A DNA stretch of 32,000 nt from Candidatus Electrothrix yaqonensis. GTDB lineage: Bacteria; Desulfobacterota; Desulfobulbia; Desulfobulbales; Desulfobulbaceae. The stretch spans positions 60,001 through 92,000 of the forward strand of contig CP178758.1 of the NCBI GenBank assembly GCA_047651235.1, in the 5' to 3' direction. Both the position numbers and the translations under genes were made by a program. Below are positions 25,293-32,000 of this stretch, piece after piece; the first letter of the stretch is position 1, and each line of letters begins with the position of its first letter. The notes beneath the pieces were generated by a model that worked only from the letters and a program-made list of their open reading frames with translations, searched no databases and was not told the origin of the DNA.

Positions 25293-27038
25293 ATGGATAC
25301 ACAACGGGCCTTTCTTGCTGTCATTATCTCCTTTATTATCCTGATCGGGTATCAGTATCTTTTTATGCCCGCCCGTGCTCCGGTGCCGCCGAAACAGGGC
25401 ACACAGGCGCAGAATACGCAGCAGAATAGAGAAGCGGCTGCTCCGGGTGGGAATTCTGCCGTACAGCAGGAAAACCGGAAAAATACACCGACGGCGGCCT
25501 CTGAGGCGCCTTCTCCGACATCCTCTCCGGCTGCAGCTGTACAGGCTGTGCAACCCGACCCGACAGCCCGTGATATTACGGTGGAAACGCCGCTGTATAC
25601 AGCAGTTCTTTCCGAGCAGGGCGGCGGACTAAAGAGCTTTATCCTGAAAAAATACCGGACCGCAAAGGAGGAGGATGCGCCGTCCATGGAGATGGTCACC
25701 ACTTCCAATCCGGCAGAACTTCCCATGATTTTTTCCCTGAATAACGGCACAGAAATGGATCTGCTTCGCTTTACGGCTGATACTGTTTCCCTGCAGGTCC
25801 TGGAAGGGGGAAAAGGCGAGCTGCTTATGCGTACGCCGAGGGAGGACGGCATAACCGTTGAGCGACGTCTGACCTTCAACGCAGACAGCTATCTGATCGA
25901 CAGTGTCTATACAGTCAGCAATACTGGTTCTGCCCCGCTGCAGATCAGTCCGGCAATGGTGATGACCAATGCTCCGTTCAAGTCCGGCAGCGCAGATGGC
26001 CATTACATGTTCAGCGGCCCGAACGCCTATGTGAACGGTAAGCTGGAGCAGGTTAAAGCAAAAAAGCTGGCTGAAGGACCGGCTTCCCTGCAGGGCACAG
26101 TCCGTTGGGCAGCCCATGTGGATAATTACTTTATGAGCGCTCTGGTTCCGGAGCAGAACACTGTCAGTCTGGTTACTTTTACTTCCGTTCCCTTGACAGG
26201 CAAGGAGCAGGAGAAAGTCCGCACTGTCCTGAGCAGCGGTATAATCAGCCTGGCACCGGGGGAAACAAAGGACTTCCGGTATGAAGGGTATTTCGGACCG
26301 AAAAAATTGGCCTATTTGAAAAAGACCGGCTATGATCTTGCTGGGGCAATCAATTTCGGCTGGTTTGATATTCTGGCCAAGCCTATGCTGTACCTGCTTA
26401 ACTTTTTTTATTCCATTCTGGGGAACTACGGGATCGCCATCATTCTGCTGACCTGTCTGGTCAAGGGTTCCTTCTGGCCCATCACCCAGAAGGGGATGAA
26501 GTCCATGAAGAATATGCAGAAGCTGCAGCCCAAGGTCGCCAAGTTGCGGGAGAAGTACAAGGATGACCCGGTAAAGATGAATCAGGAGATGATGGCCATG
26601 TACAAAACCTACAAGGTCAATCCGGTAGGCGGCTGTCTGCCCATGCTGATTCAGATTCCCTTTTTCTTTGCCCTGTACCGGGTGCTGATGGCGGCTATTG
26701 AACTGCGTCACGCTCCGTTCATGCTGTGGATTGATGACCTGTCCGCACCGGACCGACTGATGATCGGCTTTGATATTCCGGTCCTGCATGGAATTCCGGT
26801 ACTGACTATTCTGATGGGCATTTCCATGTATCTGCAGCAGAAAATGACCCCGACAACCGCAGACCCGACCCAAGCCAAAGTTATGCAGTTTCTGCCGGTT
26901 ATTTTTACGGTCATGTTTGTTAATTTTGCATCCGGTCTGGTGCTTTACTGGTTTGTCAACAACCTGCTCTCCATTCTCCAGCAGCAGCTCATCAATCGGC
27001 AGACCGGCGGCAACAACAGAACGGCTGCGGCTGCCTGA
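25293..27038 (+). CDS. yidC: membrane protein insertase YidC
   Basis: It has an N-terminal TM helix, a large periplasmic domain and the C-terminal 60-kDa insertase core (GIAIILLTCLVK...PITQKGMKSMKNMQKLQPK...GCLPMLIQIPFFFALY). Synteny fits. Confidence 0.95.
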   Translation: MDTQRAFLAVIISFIILIGYQYLFMPARAPVPPKQGTQAQNTQQNREAAAPGGNSAVQQENRKNTPTAASEAPSPTSSPAAAVQAVQPDPTARDITVETPLYTAVLSEQGGGLKSFILKKYRTAKEEDAPSMEMVTTSNPAELPMIFSLNNGTEMDLLRFTADTVSLQVLEGGKGELLMRTPREDGITVERRLTFNADSYLIDSVYTVSNTGSAPLQISPAMVMTNAPFKSGSADGHYMFSGPNAYVNGKLEQVKAKKLAEGPASLQGTVRWAAHVDNYFMSALVPEQNTVSLVTFTSVPLTGKEQEKVRTVLSSGIISLAPGETKDFRYEGYFGPKKLAYLKKTGYDLAGAINFGWFDILAKPMLYLLNFFYSILGNYGIAIILLTCLVKGSFWPITQKGMKSMKNMQKLQPKVAKLREKYKDDPVKMNQEMMAMYKTYKVNPVGGCLPMLIQIPFFFALYRVLMAAIELRHAPFMLWIDDLSAPDRLMIGFDIPVLHGIPVLTILMGISMYLQQKMTPTTADPTQAKVMQFLPVIFTVMFVNFASGLVLYWFVNNLLSILQQQLINRQTGGNNRTAAAA

Positions 27039-27065
27039 GAACCTTATCCAAAGGAACTGTTTTTT

Positions 27066-27989
27066 ATGAGCAAAGGAAAAGAGTTTTACGGCGGCACAGT
27101 GACTGACGCTATCGCCGAAGCCTGCAAAGCATTCTCCGCATCTCAGGAAGAGCTTGAAATCGAAATTCTGGAGACCGGTTCATCAGGTATTTTCGGCCTG
27201 TGCCGGAAGAAAGCGCATATCCGGGTGGCAAGGCGGGAAGAGCACTCTTCTGCTGATCCCCCTGCTGATGCTGAAAACCGGGCTGCACAGAACAAAAATT
27301 TCAAAGAAGCAAAGAAAGAGGAAAACGCATCCGGGGCGAACCGGAAACCAGCTGAGACCGCTGAGACTACTGAGACCGTAGAGAAAAAAAAGGAGAAGCA
27401 GACAGGTGGAGGAGCGGCCGATCCAGCAGCAGCCCCTCCGCCGGAACTTCCTTCTGATGAGGTGCTGGCAGGTATTCAGGAAGATATTACCACCATGGTA
27501 GAACTTATGGGATTCCCCTCCGCTGTCACGGTTACTCTGGAGGAATATACCGTTGCCTGCCGGATCAGCGATGCGTATCAGGAGGAACTGGTCGGCAGAG
27601 ACGGCAGGGTCGTGGACAGTCTCCAGTATCTGCTGCGCAAAATGATGTCGAGACGGCTGCCGGAGCGGATCATGCTTTCTCTTGATGTGGGTAATTACCG
27701 GGAGAGCAGGGCGGAAGAGCTGAAGGAACGAGCCTTGGAACTTGCCGCCCAAGTCCGGGAGGACGGCAAGACCCGCGCTGTACCTGCTCTTAATCCCTCT
27801 GAACGGCGGGTCGTGCATATGACCCTGCAGGATGATAAGACAATCCGCAGCCGTTCTGTGGGGGACGGGCTGTTTAAAAAGGTTCTGATCTACAAGCCGG
27901 GCAGAAAGCGGTCCGGCCCCCGCAAGGGCAAAGGCAAAGGTCTGGGGAACAAGGGGCAACGGAGTGAGCGGTCGTCCGACAGCAAATGA
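27066..27989 (+). CDS. jag: Jag/KhpB-type RNA-binding protein (Jag_N, KH, R3H) with a long low-complexity linker and a basic tail
   Basis: The Jag_N region is GGTVTDAIAEACKAFSASQEELEIEILETGSSGIFG. The R3H region is LNPSERRVVHMTLQDD. It occupies the conserved position between yidC and mnmE. Confidence 0.85.
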   Translation: MSKGKEFYGGTVTDAIAEACKAFSASQEELEIEILETGSSGIFGLCRKKAHIRVARREEHSSADPPADAENRAAQNKNFKEAKKEENASGANRKPAETAETTETVEKKKEKQTGGGAADPAAAPPPELPSDEVLAGIQEDITTMVELMGFPSAVTVTLEEYTVACRISDAYQEELVGRDGRVVDSLQYLLRKMMSRRLPERIMLSLDVGNYRESRAEELKERALELAAQVREDGKTRAVPALNPSERRVVHMTLQDDKTIRSRSVGDGLFKKVLIYKPGRKRSGPRKGKGKGLGNKGQRSERSSDSK

Positions 27990-29388
27990 CACCATAGCTG
28001 CCATAGCCACTGCTCCGGGCGCTGCCGGTATCGGGATTATCCGGATCAGCGGTCCTGATGCTGCTGCTGTTCTGCAGCAGCTGTTTGTCCCGCATAGAAC
28101 GCACCTTCTTGAAGACGACGCTCTGCCCAGCCACCGGCTCTGTTACGGCACAGTAACTGATCGTCACGGAGGTATGCTTGACGAGGTAATGGCTGTCCTT
28201 ATGCGGGCACCGCACACTTATACCCGCGAGGATGTGGCGGAGATTCAGAGTCACGGCAGTTATCTGCTGCAGCAGGCTATTCTGGCAGAAATCCTTGCGG
28301 CAGGGGTACGGGTGGCTGAACCCGGTGAATTTACCAAACGTGCCTTTCTGGCCGGTCGGATTGATCTCACCCGCGCGGAAGCTGTGATTGATCTGCTGCA
28401 GGCCCGGAGTATGGGCGGGGTCAAACTGGCTGCGGGGCAGCTGCAGGGAAAACTGTACGAACAGATTGCCGCTGTCCGGGATGCCCTTGTCGAGCTGCTG
28501 GCCCTTGTTGAGCTGGCCCTGGATTTTCCGGACGATGATGTTGAGATCCTCGTGCCGGAGCAATTGCTTGCCCGGCTGGAGGAACAAGTGGAACAGCCTC
28601 TGCAGAACCTGCTGGCCCTGGCCGAGCGCGGCAAAGTAATCCGTGAGGGAATCAGTGCGGTCATTGCCGGACAGCCCAATGTGGGCAAATCCAGTCTGCT
28701 CAATCAGCTGCTCCAGGAAGATCGGGCCTTGGTCACGGATATTCCGGGGACAACACGGGACACTATTGAGGAGCTGATTGTTGTGCGCGGCATTCCTGTC
28801 CGCCTGGTCGATACCGCTGGTATCCGCGAGCATGAAAATCTTGTCGAGGAACTGGGCATTGAGCGGGCCCGGCAGAAGCTGCAGGAGGCCGAGCTGGTAC
28901 TCTTTGTCGTTGATGCAGGTCGGGAGCTGAGCAGGGCGGACCGGCAGCTCTACCGTTCTCTGGGGGAGCAGCAGAAAAAAATCATTGTGCTGAACAAGAC
29001 GGATATTGCGGAACCAAGACGGCTGGAGCAGATCAGCCGGGAATTTGCCGAAGTGCTGCAGGTGCGGACAGCGGCCCGTGCAGGCACGGGAATCGGGGAA
29101 CTGCTGGATGCCGTGTATCAGATCATCATCGGGACAGAAGATAAAATGCAGGACAAGATGCAGCAGGATCAGATTTCCTGCGCTCCCAATCTCCGGCATA
29201 AAACAATTTTGGAGAAAACCCTTGCCGCCTGCACACAGATCAGACAGACGCTGCTGGCCGGTGCGCCCGCCGATCTGCTGGCGGTTGACCTGCAGGCAGC
29301 TCTTGATCACCTTTCCGACATTGTAGGACTGACCACTCCTGATGATGTACTTGATATTCTTTTTTCTCAGTTCTGTATCGGAAAATAA
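27964..29388 (+). CDS. mnmE: tRNA uridine-5-carboxymethylaminomethyl modification GTPase MnmE
   Basis: It has the N-terminus DTIAAIATAPG, G1 GQPNVGKSSLLN, G3 DTAGIRE, G4 NKTD and the C-terminal CIGK. The GTG start at 27964 overlaps jag by 26 nt. Confidence 0.95.
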   Translation: MSGRPTANDTIAAIATAPGAAGIGIIRISGPDAAAVLQQLFVPHRTHLLEDDALPSHRLCYGTVTDRHGGMLDEVMAVLMRAPHTYTREDVAEIQSHGSYLLQQAILAEILAAGVRVAEPGEFTKRAFLAGRIDLTRAEAVIDLLQARSMGGVKLAAGQLQGKLYEQIAAVRDALVELLALVELALDFPDDDVEILVPEQLLARLEEQVEQPLQNLLALAERGKVIREGISAVIAGQPNVGKSSLLNQLLQEDRALVTDIPGTTRDTIEELIVVRGIPVRLVDTAGIREHENLVEELGIERARQKLQEAELVLFVVDAGRELSRADRQLYRSLGEQQKKIIVLNKTDIAEPRRLEQISREFAEVLQVRTAARAGTGIGELLDAVYQIIIGTEDKMQDKMQQDQISCAPNLRHKTILEKTLAACTQIRQTLLAGAPADLLAVDLQAALDHLSDIVGLTTPDDVLDILFSQFCIGK

Positions 29389-29606
29389 AGGCAGAACAGG
29401 TAGATTCCTGTCGCTGTTCATGATCCGACAGCGGTCGTTTTTGTTTCTGGCGGCGGAGAACGCATTTTTCTGCTTGACATTTATCCCGTTCAGCCTGTTA
29501 ATATATAGTATGTTTTCGTGTAAGAACACGAATTTGAGGTCCCGCTGCAATTAGGCGGGAAAAAGGGTTGGAACCACAATACCATACATTTTTTGGAGGA
29601 GAAATT

Positions 29607-29816
29607 ATGGAAATTAGACTGAACGGAGAGTCACGTTTTATTGACAAAGTAACAAAAATGACTGTTGCGGGCCTGCTCGAACATGAAAAAGTAGCATCCC
29701 CGGAAATGGTGGCGGTCCAGATAAACGGTGAAATTGTTGACCGGGGCACGTATCATAACACGATTGTTGCGGATAAAAACGAGGTGGATTTCCTCTACTT
29801 TATGGCAGGCGGCTGA
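29607..29816 (+). CDS. ThiS/MoaD-family sulfur-carrier protein (C-terminal Gly-Gly)
   Basis: I place the start at the ATG at 29607, preceded by GGAGGA (29595-29600). The 69-aa product runs MEIRLNGE...VAVQINGEIVDRG...FMAGG and ends in GG immediately before the stop. Confidence 0.8.
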   Translation: MEIRLNGESRFIDKVTKMTVAGLLEHEKVASPEMVAVQINGEIVDRGTYHNTIVADKNEVDFLYFMAGG

Positions 29817-30013
29817 TTTTTCCGGTCAGACCTCGTTACAATAAATAATATTGTAATAACGAAGGTTGTATCAGAAAATAGCAGTGCCGATCCGCTGCAG
29901 TGAAGTTGTAATGAAGTTGTTCAGCCCTGATGAGACATGAAACCGTGTTTTGTCAGGGCATTCTTGTATGACTGACTGTATATTTTTTGATTTTTTGACT
30001 GAACGGGGTCTGT

Positions 30014-30823
30014 ATGTTGAATTTAACTGATGAACAGCTGGAGCGTTACAGCCGCCACATCATTCTTCAGGGAGTGGGCCCGGAAGGGCAGGCGGCGCTG
30101 CTGGAGGCCAAAGTGCTGGTTGTCGGCACCGGCGGATTGGGCTCTCCGATTTCTCTGTACCTTGCTGCTGCCGGAGTCGGCACCATCGGTATTGTGGATG
30201 CCGATGTGGTGGATATATCCAATCTTCAGCGCCAGATCATTCATTCCACCAAAGATCTGGACCGCCCGAAAGTAGAGTCGGCTGCTGAAAAAATGCGGGC
30301 CATTAATCCTGATATCGAGGTACGCCCCTATAAATTGTATCTGGATGCCGCCAATGTTGAGGAAATCATTCGGGAGTACGATTTTGTCATTGACGGCAGC
30401 GATAATTTTCCCACCAAATTTTTGGTCAACGATGCCTGCGTGATGGCGGGTATTCCCTTTTCCCACGGCGGCATTCTCCGTTTTGACGGCCAGACCATGA
30501 CTGTGCTTCCCGGTGAATCAGCCTGCTACCGCTGCTCGTTCAGACAGCCCCCGCCGCCGGACGCGGTCTCCAGCTGCTCACAGGCCGGTGTGCTCGGTGC
30601 AATAGCCGGTATGCTGGGTGCTATCCAGGCAGCCGAAGCTCTGAAATTCATTACCGGAGCAGGCACCCTGCTCACCGACACCCTGCTGACTTTTGACGCC
30701 GCAACCATGCGGTTCAGACGGGTGAACCTGAAAAAGCGTTCTGACTGCCCTCTCTGCGGAGAGAACCCCACCATCCATCAGCTTGAACAGAATAAACGGC
30801 CGACCTGTGATCTGTCAGCCTGA
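30014..30823 (+). CDS. ThiF/MoeB/HesA-family E1-like adenylyltransferase
   Basis: It has RYSRHIIL, the nucleotide-binding loop VVGTGGLGS, DxD...NLQRQ, the zinc-site pairs CYRC and CPLC, and the conserved Cys in SSCSQAGVLG. There is no rhodanese domain. Confidence 0.9.
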   Translation: MLNLTDEQLERYSRHIILQGVGPEGQAALLEAKVLVVGTGGLGSPISLYLAAAGVGTIGIVDADVVDISNLQRQIIHSTKDLDRPKVESAAEKMRAINPDIEVRPYKLYLDAANVEEIIREYDFVIDGSDNFPTKFLVNDACVMAGIPFSHGGILRFDGQTMTVLPGESACYRCSFRQPPPPDAVSSCSQAGVLGAIAGMLGAIQAAEALKFITGAGTLLTDTLLTFDAATMRFRRVNLKKRSDCPLCGENPTIHQLEQNKRPTCDLSA

Positions 30824-30943
30824 TCTGCTGTTGCTGTTCTGCAGAGCTGCCCAAAAGATAGAAAGAGAAATAACGAATACAGATGATCTGTCGGTCCGGT
30901 CTGCCCGGCAAAGGAAAAACACCGCCGTAGAAAGAGGGTATTC

Positions 30944-32000
30944 ATGATACATTATGCACTTCCGCCATCCTTGGATGACGATATTTTCCGTTTTGAACAT
31001 GATTTTGCAGAATTCGGGGCCGGGCGGCTCCACGAGACCGCATTCACTGCCAAACGGGTCAAAATGGGGGTCTATCTTGAGCGGAATTACACGACCTATA
31101 TGTGCCGTATCCGGTGCAGCGGCAACATTATCAGCCCGCAGCAGCTTGCCGCTGTTGCGGAACTTGCCCGGAAATACGGGAACAGCCGAGTACATGTCAC
31201 CACCCGGGCGGAGCTGCAGCTGCATCGGATTGAGGAGGGCAATGTTGTTGCTGTTCTGCGCGGCCTGCAGGAGGCCGGACTTGCCTGCATAGGCGGGGGC
31301 GGCAATACCATCCGTAATATTATCGCTAACCACGATTCCGGGATCAGCCCGGATGAAGTGTTTGACGTGCTGCCCTGTATTATCGCCTTGACTGACCGGC
31401 TGATCGCGGAACCGGACAGCTGGGAAATGCCGAGAAAGGTCAAGATAGCCTTCAGCTCCCTGGCCGAAGAGCAGGCCTTCTGCCATATTCATGACATCGG
31501 CTTTGTGGCCCGGCGTAATACAGAAGGAGAACAGGGCTTCAGGGTGCATATCGGCGGCGGTCTGGGGGCACGGCCGAAAGCAGCTGTCCTGCTGCATGAG
31601 TTCATCCCGGAAGAGGACGTCTATCATGTGGTCAAGGCAGTGAAAAAACTGTTCCATCATTATGGAAACCGGAAGAACAAACACCGGAACAGGATTAAGT
31701 TTCTGCTGCATGATGACCTTGGTATCGAGGCCTTCCGTACCTACTATGAGCAGGAACTGTCCAGGGTCGTTGACCGGGGACATGCGAAACTGTACCCTGA
31801 ACCAATTGACAATACAGGAAATATCAACAGGGACATCGATCTTGCTCCGCAGTCCGAGCATTCCGATGATTTTCAGCTCTGGAAAAAACGGCATGTTGCT
31901 GCCCAGAAACAGAAAGGATTATGCCGGATCAGACTGCCCCTATCTGCAGGCGATCTGCAGGCCGGGGCCTGTTGCGCACTGGAAGAATTTCTCCGTCCTT
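30944..32000 (+). CDS. nitrite/sulfite reductase family protein (ferredoxin-like half-domain region), 3' end outside the window
   Basis: My own translation from the ATG at 30944 (in-frame stop at 30884-30886, AGAGGG upstream) stays open to base 32000. It reads MIHYALPPSLDDDIFRFEHDFAEF...FTAKRVKMGVYLER...YMCRIRCSGNIISPQQLAAVAELARKYGNSRVHVTTRAELQLHRIEE...GLACIGGGGNTIRNI. It is not in the ORF track, which instead lists an antisense 359-aa ORF. Confidence 0.8.
   Translation, partial: MIHYALPPSLDDDIFRFEHDFAEFGAGRLHETAFTAKRVKMGVYLERNYTTYMCRIRCSGNIISPQQLAAVAELARKYGNSRVHVTTRAELQLHRIEEGNVVAVLRGLQEAGLACIGGGGNTIRNIIANHDSGISPDEVFDVLPCIIALTDRLIAEPDSWEMPRKVKIAFSSLAEEQAFCHIHDIGFVARRNTEGEQGFRVHIGGGLGARPKAAVLLHEFIPEEDVYHVVKAVKKLFHHYGNRKNKHRNRIKFLLHDDLGIEAFRTYYEQELSRVVDRGHAKLYPEPIDNTGNINRDIDLAPQSEHSDDFQLWKKRHVAAQKQKGLCRIRLPLSAGDLQAGACCALEEFLRP

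Noticed and set aside
26117-26125. A perfect DnaA-box sequence TGTGGATAA inside yidC, and a near-box TTATCCAAA at about 27044
   Set aside because: These are isolated single sites, one of them within coding sequence. There is no cluster, no adjacent AT-rich unwinding element and no dnaA nearby, so they are not evidence for oriC.
25629-26873. A 414-aa minus-strand ORF inside yidC, and the 175-aa ORFs at 25026-25553 and 25352-25879
   Set aside because: They are antisense to yidC/yidD, whose identity is unambiguous. Their composition is typical of GC-rich shadow frames.
27874-29550. A 558-aa minus-strand ORF that is longer than mnmE itself
   Set aside because: It is an antisense shadow of mnmE. 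The plus strand carries every MnmE motif (GQPNVGKSSLLN, DTAGIRE, NKTD, CIGK), whereas the minus-strand product is low-complexity Gln/Leu/Pro/Arg-rich with no motif.
29924-29959. A hammerhead-ribozyme-like string, CUGAUGAG (29927-29934) followed by GAAAC (29939-29943), inside the hairpin gccctga/tcagggc
   Set aside because: Only 4 nt (ACAU) separate the two core boxes, so no stem II can form, and the surrounding helices do not fit a hammerhead three-way junction. It is most likely a chance match within an ordinary intergenic hairpin.
30815-31894. A 359-aa minus-strand ORF and the 112-aa plus-strand ORF at 30954-31292
   Set aside because: A different plus-strand frame (from 30944, open to the window end) translates into clear sulfite/nitrite-reductase-family sequence. 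The listed ORFs are out-of-frame or antisense shadows.

Overview
The window is a bacterial chromosomal segment with two well-conserved core flanks and a roughly 17-kb mosaic, IS-ridden accessory region between them. Left core (1-7376): a GGDEF cyclase (5' end outside the window), alr, a membrane/TPR protein, a secreted WD40-caspase protein, a vapBC-like pair and ruvB. Right core (24394-32000): the origin-proximal cluster rpmH-rnpA-yidD-yidC-jag-mnmE, then a ThiS-like carrier, a ThiF/MoeB-like E1 and a sulfite/nitrite-reductase-family gene that runs off the window. rpmH and the reductase gene are absent from the supplied ORF track. The accessory region (about 7385-24390) contains: (a) a GluR0-type ligand-gated K+ channel gene flanked by a 24-bp duplication of the ruvB start region; (b) two inverted, decayed IS701-like copies (8717-9898 and 18000-19612) bracketing 8.1 kb of cargo; (c) a CLCA-like metalloprotease-VWA secreted protein flanked by a roughly 105-bp MITE and an internally deleted ISAzo13-like remnant that share terminal repeats. 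The cargo between the IS701-like copies is the best candidate for an undescribed system. It is a co-directional block on the minus strand: a 1134-aa orphan protein, a DUF4365-like PD-(D/E)xK protein translationally coupled to a 375-aa orphan, and an RsgA-type GTPase. A YVTN beta-propeller gene is divergent from it. The last three genes of the block are much more AT-rich than the backbone. No rRNA, tRNA or CRISPR array was seen. All family assignments rest on motifs read by eye; no database search was possible.
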